A DNA stretch of 64,000 bases from a virus. Below are positions 1-8,186 of this stretch, one piece after another. The notes beneath the pieces were generated by a model. That model saw nothing but the letters and a program-made list of their open reading frames with translations. It ran no database searches and had not been told where the DNA came from. Location of the stretch: positions 1-64,000 of IMG/VR virus record IMGVR_UViG_3300023210_000013. One strand, given 5' to 3'. Position 1 is the stretch's first letter; the number at the start of each line of letters is the position of its first letter. A program made the translations under genes and the position numbers.

Positions 1-177
1 ATCAATAATGATGACCGTGAAGAGATTATAGATGCTATGGGTGACATTATGGTCACCTTGATTATTCAAGCTAAGATGCAAAATCTTAGTTTAGAAGAGT
101 GTCTTGAAAGTGCTTACAATGTAATTACAAAACGTACAGGTAAAATGATTAATGGTCAATTTGTAAAAGATAATTAA
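1..177 (+). CDS. MazG-like nucleotide pyrophosphohydrolase (5'-truncated by window)
   Basis: Frame 1 reads INNDDREEIIDAMGDIMVTLIIQAKMQNLSLEECLESAYNVITKRTGKMINGQFVKDN*. The EIIDAMGD...AY..I..R.GKM..G.FVK pattern is typical of phage MazG-like proteins. Confidence 0.8.
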   Translation: MNNDDREEIIDAMGDIMVTLIIQAKMQNLSLEECLESAYNVITKRTGKMINGQFVKDN

Positions 178-178
178 C

Positions 179-373
179 ATGAAATTATACGATGTACCTA
201 GAAACAGTAGAATAAGAGTAAAGACCAAAGATAAAGTGCCACCTGCTGCTCCTGAGATTGAATCAGGAGAAGAGCTTAACTTCAGGTCTATAGATGGAAT
301 GTATAGTTACTGCACCAGAGATAATGGTGAGGTAGTACATTTAGCAGCATGGACAGAAGTAGAAGTACTTTAA
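179..373 (+). CDS. hypothetical small beta-rich protein
   Basis: 64-aa ORF starting 1 nt after the MazG stop. Confidence 0.6.
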   Translation: MKLYDVPRNSRIRVKTKDKVPPAAPEIESGEELNFRSIDGMYSYCTRDNGEVVHLAAWTEVEVL

Positions 374-405
374 TTGTACTGTGTCACTAATTTTTCTTAT
401 ATTTG
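373..405 (+). promoter_or_regulatory. Bacteroidota sigma70-type promoter (-33 TTG / -7 TATATTTG)
   Basis: TATATTTG at 398-405, with TTG 21 nt upstream, lying 24 nt before the ATG at 430. Confidence 0.65.
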
Positions 406-429
406 TGACAGTTAAAAACCAAATAATTT

Positions 430-1275
430 ATGGGATATTCAAAACCAAAAGAGACTACTCGTGCTTATTTAGAGTCAGCCTCATTACCATCACACGGTGA
501 AACATACACCGTTATACCTCACAAAGAGGTAATACAAAACACTCTTAACATGTTAAACGCCAGTGGTTTTCATGTTACCAGAGAATTATACAGAGCAAAC
601 ATGAATGCTAATGTTGCTCAAGGTATATATCATATAGTACCACGCAACCCAATTGATGATAGTATTAAAAATGAAAAAGAATTAGGGATGATGTTTGCAT
701 GGACCAATTCATATGACAAGAGTACACGTTTTCAATGTGCTATTGGAGGATATGTTATGGTTTGTTACAACGGTATGGTTGCGGGTGATATGATGTCATT
801 TGCAAGAAAGCATACTGGATCTGCTGATCATGAAATTAAAATGCAAATTTCTAATCAAATTAAAAATGCAGAAAAGTATTATGCACGTATAATTAAAGAT
901 AAAGATTCTTTAAGAAATGTCACAGTATCACGTAAAGAACAATCTGAGTTATTAGGTCGTCTATATGCTGAAAAAGATATTTTAGATCTTAGTCAATTAT
1001 CAGTAGTTAAATCAGAAATGGATAAGCCATCTTATGATTACAATGCTGATCAAGAAAATGCCTGGGCCTTTTACAATCATGTTACACATGCTCTTAAAAA
1101 ATCACATCCTCGTGGTTGGTTAAGTAACACACAAAAATTTCATGAATTTATTGTAGGAGACTTGCTAGGTCAGATGGGAATTCAGACTCAAGATACCGTA
1201 GTTTCTACTCAGACAAATCTATTTGATATAGAAGTGGTTGAAGAAGAAGTTATTAGTCATGAGTTTGAATTATGA
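430..1275 (+). CDS. DUF932/DUF945-like phage protein
   Basis: Y..IPH, WTNSYDKS, V.VCYNGM and RKHTG motifs plus a C-terminal NAWAFYNHVTHALK. Confidence 0.7.
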   Translation: MGYSKPKETTRAYLESASLPSHGETYTVIPHKEVIQNTLNMLNASGFHVTRELYRANMNANVAQGIYHIVPRNPIDDSIKNEKELGMMFAWTNSYDKSTRFQCAIGGYVMVCYNGMVAGDMMSFARKHTGSADHEIKMQISNQIKNAEKYYARIIKDKDSLRNVTVSRKEQSELLGRLYAEKDILDLSQLSVVKSEMDKPSYDYNADQENAWAFYNHVTHALKKSHPRGWLSNTQKFHEFIVGDLLGQMGIQTQDTVVSTQTNLFDIEVVEEEVISHEFEL

Positions 1276-1364
1276 TTAAAGCATTAATAGAAATTATAGT
1301 AACTATTATATTATTTGCTTTATCATTAATAATTTTTACTAGAGGTAGAAATTCAGAAGATTAA
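1272..1364 (+). CDS. 30-aa single-TM peptide
   Basis: ATGA overlap with the upstream stop; MIKALIEIIVTIILFALSLIIFTRGRNSED. Confidence 0.45.
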   Translation: MIKALIEIIVTIILFALSLIIFTRGRNSED

Positions 1365-1415
1365 GGAGAGAACCAAACCTGCCAGTTAATAGCTGGCGGG
1401 CTCTCCTGTTTTCTT
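1365..1415 (+). terminator. GC-rich hairpin / probable intrinsic terminator
   Basis: GGAGAG-(AACCAAA bulge)-CCTGCCAGTT-aat-AGCTGGCGGG-CTCTCC followed by TGTTTTCTT. Confidence 0.55.
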
Positions 1416-1427
1416 AAACAAAAATTT

Positions 1428-1607
1428 ATGAAAAAAAATGTATCAGATTCAAGACAAGAAGCAGAAAGAGTTTATAAAAAACTTGGCAAAAAAGATGGTC
1501 AAAAACATTTAGACCAAATTTTATGTTTTGTTGGTGGTATGAATTCTAAAAACTTAGTTGAATATTGGACAAAAGTAAATACATATTTTAATGAAAAAAA
1601 AATATAA
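1428..1607 (+). CDS. hypothetical protein (59 aa)
   Basis: MKKNVSDSRQEAERVYKK...EYWTKVNTYFNEKKI; A-rich leader; C-terminal YW..V motif resembles that of 1683..1892. Confidence 0.55.
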   Translation: MKKNVSDSRQEAERVYKKLGKKDGQKHLDQILCFVGGMNSKNLVEYWTKVNTYFNEKKI

Positions 1608-1695
1608 TTGGTATAAAATAACAGCGTGGATTATAATATTTACTATTACAGTATTATTATGGTCTTCACTATATAATTTATTATGGAGAACTTAA
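1591..1695 (+). CDS. 34-aa membrane peptide
   Basis: MKKKYNWYKITAWIIIFTITVLLWSSLYNLLWRT; fills the gap and overlaps both neighbours. Confidence 0.45.
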   Translation: MKKKYNWYKITAWIIIFTITVLLWSSLYNLLWRT

Positions 1696-1892
1696 ACCCT
1701 TTATCAAAAGCAAATCAATTAGTTGATGAGATGATGTCTCCTGTTGATGAATGGAATAAGTATCCTATGTGCAGAGATACTGCAGTACAGTGTGCTCTTA
1801 TTGCTGTAAATCACCTTATAAATGAAACCGGACGTAAGTACTGGTATGAAGTTAAACATTTTTTAGAAACCTTTAACACCAAAGAGAGATGA
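1683..1892 (+). CDS. hypothetical phage protein
   Basis: QCALIAV...YWYEVK motif, recurrent in Bacteroidota phage small ORFs. Confidence 0.65.
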   Translation: MENLNPLSKANQLVDEMMSPVDEWNKYPMCRDTAVQCALIAVNHLINETGRKYWYEVKHFLETFNTKER

Positions 1893-2128
1893 CAGAGAAA
1901 GATTTACATGTATTATTAGAAGTACAATATCTAAAAGGAAGATTAGATGAACTAGAATACAAAGCAAAGCCTCATGTGTTTGGTTTACATAAATCCCGTA
2001 AGTTAGACATGCGTATTGATAAGTATTATAATAAACTTAAAAATACATCAGAACTTGCATATCATTTACATCAAATAGAAAGAACTAATGTTAGAGAAAG
2101 TAAAAACAAACATATTAAACATGAATAA
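1889..2128 (+). CDS. hypothetical protein
   Basis: ATGA overlap with the upstream gene; 79 aa. Confidence 0.6.
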   Translation: MTEKDLHVLLEVQYLKGRLDELEYKAKPHVFGLHKSRKLDMRIDKYYNKLKNTSELAYHLHQIERTNVRESKNKHIKHE

Positions 2129-2522
2129 AAAAATAGAACCTTTTGGTCATCCACTTAGTGATCTTCAAGAACACTCAGAAACTAAAACAGAATTAGCTAT
2201 AAGTGCTTGTAATACATTGTATCCAGAAACAGTAGCGGAGTTTAAAAAGATACAGCAAGAACAGCTTGAGTTGTTCTGTAAAAAACAAATGGATTACGGT
2301 CCAGAAAATATAACTCTTGGCAGAAGAATAGATGATCCTAAAAACCTTAAGCTTAGTTTGCTAGGTATATGGTTTAGAAGCAATGACAAAATACAAAGAG
2401 TATTAAACCTTGTACAAAGTAATAGAGATCCAGAAAATGAAAGTTTAGAAGATTCATGGATAGACCTATCAAATTACTCAATTATATCAATGCTTATTAG
2501 CAGAAACAAATGGGGTAAATAA
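2121..2522 (+). CDS. DUF1599 / nucleotide-modification-associated domain 1 protein
   Basis: KKQMDYGPENI, R.NDKIQR..NL and ESLEDSWIDLSNYSII motifs. Start placed at ATG 2121, overlapping the upstream stop; the ORF track starts at 2088. Confidence 0.75.
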   Translation: MNKKIEPFGHPLSDLQEHSETKTELAISACNTLYPETVAEFKKIQQEQLELFCKKQMDYGPENITLGRRIDDPKNLKLSLLGIWFRSNDKIQRVLNLVQSNRDPENESLEDSWIDLSNYSIISMLISRNKWGK

Positions 2523-2529
2523 ATTACAT

Positions 2530-2567
2530 AAAAAAAGGGAGCATAATTAAACGCTCCCTTTTTTTTT
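2530..2567. terminator. bidirectional intrinsic terminator
   Basis: A7-GGGAGC-loop-GCTCCC-T9 between convergent gene blocks. Confidence 0.9.
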
Positions 2568-2578
2568 ATGTATTATTT

Positions 2579-5083
2579 TTAAGGTTCAATAGGTTGTATT
2601 ATTGCCATTGTACCTGCATTAATTGCATCACATGATGAAGAAATAACTGCTATATTAGAAGTTTTAACAGATAAATCACCAATTCCTAATGATCTAGCAT
2701 TAACATAAATTTCACCACCATCTTCTAAATTAGGTGAATAATAAGTATATGTTTTTGTTATAACTCTATCAGCTTCTGAATAAAAAGAATCTTCAAATGT
2801 ATGCAAAGGAATTACTCCAGCAGCAATACGAGCTTCAAATTGTATTTCAAAAACATATGTTTTAGCAGTAGATCTAGTTTCAAAAGATATAGAGATAGTA
2901 TTTAAATAATTTTTTCTAACTCCAGAAGTATTTTCATATCCCAAAACTACATTTCCTGCATCTTGAATAGGTACAAAATTTGTTGTAAGAGCTTTACCTG
3001 TACCTGGAATAACATTCCCAAAAGTACAATTTTCTGTACCTCCAGATGCATACTCAGGAATATTTAATACTCCTGATGTTAATGTTGCAGCACCCGAAGT
3101 TCCTGTAGTAGTTAAACTTGTAAACGGTACAGCTGGTATTGCAGGAAATGTTTGTAAATCCCCTTCTCCATTAACATACTGACTTGCAGTACCACCCCAA
3201 GTAAAGTTAGCAGCTGGTGTAGAAGTTGAATCTGCTACTGCAACACTTAAAGAATCTCCATTTACTAATGAAGCTGAAAAACTTGTAACAGTTCCAGGAT
3301 TTATAGTAGGAAAAGTAGTTAACTCTCCTGCACCATTTATATACTGAGTAATTACCCCATTAAAATCTAGCTCTATTCTTGGAGTAGTGGTAGAATCAAA
3401 TACTCTTAAGTCTATAGCATCTGCAGGTGTTGGGTTAACTAAAACTGAAACATCAGTAACAGTTCCTGGATTTCCTCCTGGGATTGCTGACCATACATTG
3501 TCTTTACTTAAGAATCTACCTGAAGTATCTACTCCATCTATTGCTGATAATTCTGCTGATACAACAACATCTCCATCTGCAGCACCTGTTGGTGTCATAT
3601 CAATGTATGTACCATTTTGTGTATCTACTGTCTCAACTATATTTGCTGGTACACTTGGAATAGAAGGGAAAGCTTGTAAAGCACCTGTCCCATCTATATA
3701 ATCTGTTGTTGCTCCTGCACCTGTAAGAGTTAATGTTCCATTACTTGTTACAGGACTATTAGTTACATTGAATGCTGAAGGTGCAGCTAAACCAACACTT
3801 GTTACTGTTCCTCCACCTCCTGATGCAATACCGTAAACAGTACCATCTATACTTATTGAAGTTAAATCTAATGTAGGGCTACCTGGGTTTCCAATTACAA
3901 TTGAACCACCTGATCCTTCAACCCATGGTACATTTACAACTAGTTGTGATGCATCATTAAATTGAACACCATAAGTTCTTAAAGATTCAGCACTTACTGG
4001 CTGAGCATCTTCTACTTGAACAGTATCATCCCAAAGTTTACCTGTTCCGGTAACTGTAGATGTCATTACTGGAACAAGTCCTGTAAGGGCTAATTTATAT
4101 TCTACTTCGTCTTCAACAATTATATGTCCAGCAGCATCATATTTGTGATTTTTGACCGCAAATACACTGCCATCTGTTAATTCTATACTAGCTGAAGCAG
4201 TAGGAATTACTGGTGTTGAATGTGCAATCCTTAACTCACCAAGAACAGAACTTACTTCAATCCATTGATTTTTTCCTACAACTTTAAGAACGCTATCTTG
4301 AACACCATCTTTTGTTAATCCAAGAAGTCCAAAAGGTTGTATTCCTGAATCTGGTGAAATTATTTCATAATCAGAGCCACCAATGTTTTCATCAACATAT
4401 TTAATTACTGCTAAAGTTGTAGGAATAGCATAATCAAATGGTTCTGCCGCTAATCCTTCTACTGAGTTAGTAATAAGATTAATAGACTCACCATCCATTA
4501 TTAGATTTTTATTGACAATAATATCTGTAGTCATCAAGCTTTCCTTGAATGTACTCCATAAAAGGTTAGTTGCATCCCAACCAAATGTTTTATTACCATT
4601 TATTGTTCCAACTGAAAAGCCAGCGTTAACATCAGCACCTAAAGTATTAAGTTCTATAATATTATCTGCTATTTGAACAATAGTAGATTCAATAGTTGTA
4701 GACGTTCCAAGTACTAATAAGTCTCCTTCAATAGTTGTATTTCCTTTTACAAGAAGATTTGCATCAACAGTACCTAAAGTAGCTCCAGCATCTTGACTAT
4801 ATACAGAATCAATTAGTGTTTGTACATTACAATTAGTAAGATCTAGTTCAGACCACACAGGTAATGTATGTTCCGTTCCTGTTCCACTGATTAAACCTTT
4901 GATTGTTTCACACTTAAAGTCTTTATACTTAATAGCATGAGGAACCATTTTAGGGTTATATAGAGGATTGCCTATACTACTTGGTTTTGTTCTACCAAAT
5001 TCAAAGTAATCTCTATTAATATCTAATTTTTTTTTGTCCTGCTTTCTTTCCAGTAAGTTTAAGACTTCTTGTATAAAATTCAT
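2579..5083 (-). CDS. virion fibre-like structural protein (head or tail fibre)
   Basis: 834 aa, G/T/S/V-rich. Contains the fibre motif V.GN.TI.GDL.V.GT.TTI.ST...I.DNII.LN and three GTVTSV...QY.NG.G.L.TFP repeats. Confidence 0.7.
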   Translation of the reverse strand: MNFIQEVLNLLERKQDKKKLDINRDYFEFGRTKPSSIGNPLYNPKMVPHAIKYKDFKCETIKGLISGTGTEHTLPVWSELDLTNCNVQTLIDSVYSQDAGATLGTVDANLLVKGNTTIEGDLLVLGTSTTIESTIVQIADNIIELNTLGADVNAGFSVGTINGNKTFGWDATNLLWSTFKESLMTTDIIVNKNLIMDGESINLITNSVEGLAAEPFDYAIPTTLAVIKYVDENIGGSDYEIISPDSGIQPFGLLGLTKDGVQDSVLKVVGKNQWIEVSSVLGELRIAHSTPVIPTASASIELTDGSVFAVKNHKYDAAGHIIVEDEVEYKLALTGLVPVMTSTVTGTGKLWDDTVQVEDAQPVSAESLRTYGVQFNDASQLVVNVPWVEGSGGSIVIGNPGSPTLDLTSISIDGTVYGIASGGGGTVTSVGLAAPSAFNVTNSPVTSNGTLTLTGAGATTDYIDGTGALQAFPSIPSVPANIVETVDTQNGTYIDMTPTGAADGDVVVSAELSAIDGVDTSGRFLSKDNVWSAIPGGNPGTVTDVSVLVNPTPADAIDLRVFDSTTTPRIELDFNGVITQYINGAGELTTFPTINPGTVTSFSASLVNGDSLSVAVADSTSTPAANFTWGGTASQYVNGEGDLQTFPAIPAVPFTSLTTTGTSGAATLTSGVLNIPEYASGGTENCTFGNVIPGTGKALTTNFVPIQDAGNVVLGYENTSGVRKNYLNTISISFETRSTAKTYVFEIQFEARIAAGVIPLHTFEDSFYSEADRVITKTYTYYSPNLEDGGEIYVNARSLGIGDLSVKTSNIAVISSSCDAINAGTMAIIQPIEP
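3130..3820 (-). repeat. three degenerate ~55-aa repeats within the fibre gene
   Basis: GTVTSV...DYIDGTGALQAFP; GTVTDV...QYINGAGELTTFP; GTVTSF...QYVNGEGDLQTFP. Confidence 0.6.
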
Positions 5084-5104
5084 GAGTTATTGTTTTTTAA
5101 TTTT

Positions 5105-5719
5105 TTAATGAGCTTTAGCTTGTATAATAATCCATTCTGCACCATCAGACCAAATAGATATACCTTCATATCTTTTTGATATTTCAAAAAATGCATTTCC
5201 ATCAATAGTTTCTCCTGTTGATGGTGTTATATTAATTTTATCTTGAGCTCCATTATCTAAAGATCCATCTGTTATTATACGTATATTTCTATGCATCATT
5301 GAAGCTGCCGTAGGAAGATTTAAAGTATATGTTCCACTTCCTAATCCATCCCATGATATATCAATTAAATCATAATCACTTGGCATTGTTGAACTACCCA
5401 GATCACCTGCTAAAACATTAAAAGGTGTTAAATATGAAACTGATCCAGATAAATCTAAATTAGATAAGTCAACTGTATTTCCATTTGATATTGATAAATC
5501 ATTTCCCTCTAATGATAATGTTTGATTATCTTCTGCTGGAGTTGCACCAATATATTTTTTTAAATCCTTTAATGAAACTAAATTAGTCTTCATATCAGGT
5601 TTAGGTTTAAATGCATCTAATGCTGTTTTAAATCTACCAATTGGAAGTACATCATTATCTCTTGGACTAACATTTTTTTTACGGCTTACTAAGCCTAATA
5701 TATCTTGTAATAAATTCAT
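5105..5719 (-). CDS. fibre-like structural protein
   Basis: DNQTLSLEGNDLSISNGNTVDLS repeat motif and a C-terminal TLNLPTAA...ETIDG...SDGAEWII fibre-tip domain; N-terminus paralogous to both neighbours. Confidence 0.7.
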   Translation of the reverse strand: MNLLQDILGLVSRKKNVSPRDNDVLPIGRFKTALDAFKPKPDMKTNLVSLKDLKKYIGATPAEDNQTLSLEGNDLSISNGNTVDLSNLDLSGSVSYLTPFNVLAGDLGSSTMPSDYDLIDISWDGLGSGTYTLNLPTAASMMHRNIRIITDGSLDNGAQDKINITPSTGETIDGNAFFEISKRYEGISIWSDGAEWIIIQAKAH

Positions 5720-5735
5720 AAGTTTAATTTTTTAA

Positions 5736-6317
5736 CTATCCTACTAAGCTTGTTATTAATGTTCCTTCGTTATCTACTGTTATTTCCCATAGACCTCCAT
5801 CAGGAGAGTTAATTAATAATCTTGATAAAGTAATATTAACATAATCATCATCAAGTTCTGATACGTTTATTCCTTTGTTTCCTACTAAAGTTCTAAACCT
5901 AAGAGCTTCACCTACTTTATCTTTATAAACTTCAGCACCTTTTCCTAAATTAATACCAACATTAGGTTCTCCTGATGTAGATATTTCTATTTCATTAACA
6001 TTTTCCTCTACTGTAAGATTGTTTCCAACAGCAGTAATAGTTCTTAAGTTAACAGTGCAAGGGTTTGGTGTTGTGCTAGAATAAATTCTTGCTGGCTGTG
6101 TACCAGCACCATTTACAATATTAGCATAACTACATTCTTTTGTTTCTAAAAGATCTTTAACTCTGATTAACTTAACACTTTTGTAAGGAATTGGTGATGC
6201 AATACCTAACATATCAGGTTCTTCATGTCTACCAAGAACAAGCAAATCTTCTGGAGTTGCTTCCTTGATAATTTGTTTTCTCTTAAAGAGACTTAATATA
6301 TCAGTTAGTATTTGCAT
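5736..6317 (-). CDS. fibre-like structural protein
   Basis: N.G.GAEVYKDKVG..LRFRTL motif and C-terminal SPDG..W.ITVDN.G.L; N-terminus paralogous to 5083 and 5719. Confidence 0.7.
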   Translation of the reverse strand: MQILTDILSLFKRKQIIKEATPEDLLVLGRHEEPDMLGIASPIPYKSVKLIRVKDLLETKECSYANIVNGAGTQPARIYSSTTPNPCTVNLRTITAVGNNLTVEENVNEIEISTSGEPNVGINLGKGAEVYKDKVGEALRFRTLVGNKGINVSELDDDYVNITLSRLLINSPDGGLWEITVDNEGTLITSLVG

Positions 6318-6324
6318 AATTTAA

Positions 6325-6510
6325 TTATTTCTTTTTAGACCCGCTGTAAGTATTATGTGTACCACCACCCATACGCATTCTTTGAACCATAGGTTCAGTC
6401 ATATCACTATATGCTCCACCATAAGTCATTTTAGTAAGTAGTTTTTCACCACCACACTTCATGCAGCCCATGGCTCCACCGTTCTTATATTTTTTTTTAG
6501 CGTATCCCAT
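6325..6510 (-). CDS. small basic protein built of repeated xxxGG motifs (putative virion-internal protein)
   Basis: Contains YKNGG, MKCGG, MTYGG and MRMGG. ATG 6510 preferred over the track start 6525. Confidence 0.6.
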   Translation of the reverse strand: MGYAKKKYKNGGAMGCMKCGGEKLLTKMTYGGAYSDMTEPMVQRMRMGGGTHNTYSGSKKK

Positions 6511-6514
6511 AATT

Positions 6515-6658
6515 TTAATAATCAAGTGTAAGTGTTGTTATAAATAAAAACACTTTAATAGTTGTATAATTAAATGTTTCATCTGGTCTCATAATTTCCC
6601 AACCTAGTAAGAATCTATCATGAGGCCAATGAAATGCAATTTCTAGTGTCCAATCCAT
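6515..6658 (-). CDS. hypothetical 47-aa protein
   Basis: MDWTLEIAFHWPHDRFLLGWEIMRPDETFNYTTIKVFLFITTLTLDY; TAATG coupling to the upstream gene; fills the gap exactly. Confidence 0.65.
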   Translation of the reverse strand: MDWTLEIAFHWPHDRFLLGWEIMRPDETFNYTTIKVFLFITTLTLDY

Positions 6659-7116
6659 TATTTTCTATCTTGTGCGCTTGTACCATAGTAATATGCAAAG
6701 ATGTTACTTATTACAACACCTTCTATCATACCCATTAAGTGAACAAATAAATCATTGTCCATTACAGTAGGTTCATAAACTACAGCATATATTATAAAAA
6801 TAAAAGCTGACAAACCAGTTATACCTGTTGCCAACATCATTATATCTTTACTACCTGTTTTTTTAACTTCTATTTCACGGTTTCTAGCAGAATCTCTATC
6901 CTTAACCTCTAACTCATACATTTCTTTTGCCATTGATAAGGCAATTGCTTTATCTGCAGCAGGAATACCTGGATCTTTTTCTATAAGATTTTTAACCATA
7001 CCTAATACTCCAGCATCTGGTAAAAGATCACCAGCAATACCTAATACTTTAGGTGCAACTTTAGCAAGAAATTTTCCAAGCTTTGTATCTTTAAACTTTT
7101 TCTTAGTGGTTTCCAT
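6658..7116 (-). CDS. putative holin
   Basis: Amphipathic N-terminus, E..DR.SAR.RE motif, two C-terminal TM helices, ends YYYGTS. Confidence 0.6.
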   Translation of the reverse strand: METTKKKFKDTKLGKFLAKVAPKVLGIAGDLLPDAGVLGMVKNLIEKDPGIPAADKAIALSMAKEMYELEVKDRDSARNREIEVKKTGSKDIMMLATGITGLSAFIFIIYAVVYEPTVMDNDLFVHLMGMIEGVVISNIFAYYYGTSAQDRK

Positions 7117-7118
7117 AG

Positions 7119-7361
7119 TTATTTCTTTTTGTTTTTGCTACCTGCAGGCCTGCCTCTACGCTTTGTACCTTTGGCAGCATCAATAACATCTTTAGATTGT
7201 TCTACTACATCACCCATTTCTGTAGCAACGTTTTTTGCTCTAGACTTAACTTCTTTTACAACAGCTATTGCTTTTTCATCAACAGTTGTTTTAGACCAAA
7301 CCCATTTCCAAGATTTAGATAAAGAAAAATTCCAGATAGAACTTAATATTTTTTTAATCAT
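7119..7361 (-). CDS. hypothetical protein (lysis cluster)
   Basis: W-rich amphipathic N-terminus, WSKTTVDEKAI, basic AT-hook-like tail RRGRP. Confidence 0.65.
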   Translation of the reverse strand: MIKKILSSIWNFSLSKSWKWVWSKTTVDEKAIAVVKEVKSRAKNVATEMGDVVEQSKDVIDAAKGTKRRGRPAGSKNKKK

Positions 7362-7386
7362 TTTATTTACTCTTAAGGATTTATAC

Positions 7387-7418
7387 TATAATATACAAAA
7401 AAACTAAACGTTTTCAAA
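7387..7418 (-). promoter_or_regulatory. conserved phage promoter (TTTG-N19-TATATTAT)
   Basis: - strand TTTTGTATATTATA, identical to the copies at 7803 and 57281, 25 nt upstream of the start at 7361. Confidence 0.65.
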
Positions 7419-7427
7419 ATCAATATA

Positions 7428-7736
7428 TTATACGTTTTTTAATCTTTCATTTTCTTTTTCAAGAAACTCAACTTTAACACGTAGAGCATGAACTTCAGCT
7501 GTTAATGTTAAGACTTGTTGTCTCATTAAATCTTTTGCTTCTGCTGAAGAAGCTAGTAAAGATTCCATATTTCTTACTCTAGCTTTTAAATCATCTCTAT
7601 ATTGCATTCCGTCATCGTTTGCTAACTCAAATTGTTGTATATCTTTTTTGGCTTTTATTTTAGTTTCAATTAAACGCCACAGACCGGTGCTACCTGCAAC
7701 AGTTGTAATCATTATTAATATTTCAGTTAACTCCAC
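7428..7736 (-). CDS. membrane-anchored coiled-coil protein (possible lysis accessory)
   Basis: GTG start, N-terminal TM helix followed by a heptad coiled coil. Confidence 0.65.
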   Translation of the reverse strand: MELTEILIMITTVAGSTGLWRLIETKIKAKKDIQQFELANDDGMQYRDDLKARVRNMESLLASSAEAKDLMRQQVLTLTAEVHALRVKVEFLEKENERLKNV

Positions 7737-7781
7737 TTAGATATAAATTACTTAATAAAAAATTATTTTATGCAAAAGCTG

Positions 7782-7789
7782 TATCTTTG
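7782..7789 (+). promoter_or_regulatory. possible Bacteroidota -7 element TATCTTTG
   Basis: Exact TAnnTTTG upstream of the + strand ORF at 7867, inside an inverted repeat (7771-7796). Confidence 0.35.
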
Positions 7790-7802
7790 CTTTGCACTTA
7801 TA

Positions 7803-7816
7803 TATAATATACAAAA
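7803..7816 (-). promoter_or_regulatory. conserved phage promoter motif
   Basis: - strand TTTTGTATATTATA upstream of 7736. Confidence 0.6.
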
Positions 7817-7866
7817 TCTTTGCGTAAAAGTGAAGAATAACTTTTAAAAATTTAAATTAAATCAAT

Positions 7867-8058
7867 ATGAGCAACGTAACAAAAGAAGTGTTTAATCACA
7901 AACTAACAGTGCAGTTTTTACCTGCAGAACCTTTAGTAGGTTTAAACATACATAATACACATGTAATATGTGCAGATGAAATCCCTAGACCATTGTTTGG
8001 TTTAGAACTAGGGTTTTTATTTTTTACCATAAGCTACACAAACGTAAGCTGGAAATAA
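7867..8058 (+). CDS. hypothetical protein
   Basis: 63 aa with an A-rich leader; hydrophobic beta-like C-terminus GLELGFLFFTISY. Confidence 0.6.
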   Translation: MSNVTKEVFNHKLTVQFLPAEPLVGLNIHNTHVICADEIPRPLFGLELGFLFFTISYTNVSWK

Positions 8059-8069
8059 ATTCAATTTCC

Positions 8070-8101
8070 TTTGGTAAAAACTTTCAATTTTTGTAAATTG
8101 A
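8070..8101 (+). promoter_or_regulatory. promoter of the RNR operon (TTTG-N20-TAAATTGA)
   Basis: TTTTGTAAATTGAAT resembles the motif at 53588; -33 TTTG at canonical spacing. Confidence 0.5.
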
Positions 8102-8114
8102 ATATACAAGATAA

Positions 8115-8160
8115 AGCTATGGTATCAATATAATATTTTTGATAGCATAGCTATTTTTTT
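8115..8160 (+). terminator. 14-bp hairpin plus U-tract in the nrdB leader (terminator or attenuator)
   Basis: AGCTATGGTATCAA-loop10-TTGATAGCATAGCT (one mismatch) followed by ATTTTTTT. Confidence 0.5.
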
Positions 8161-8186
8161 CTCAAAATTATTTTAAAACAATAAAT

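Noticed and set aside
1365-1415. GC-rich element as a tRNA
   Set aside because: Too short, with no cloverleaf or T-loop; better explained as a hairpin/terminator. No tRNA or rRNA was seen in the window.
6658-7736. Complete holin-endolysin-spanin cassette
   Set aside because: No endolysin catalytic motif or lipobox-bearing spanin is recognisable here; only the holin-like call is kept.
8115-8152. NrdR box upstream of nrdB
   Set aside because: The palindrome does not match the acaCwAtATaTwGtgt consensus.
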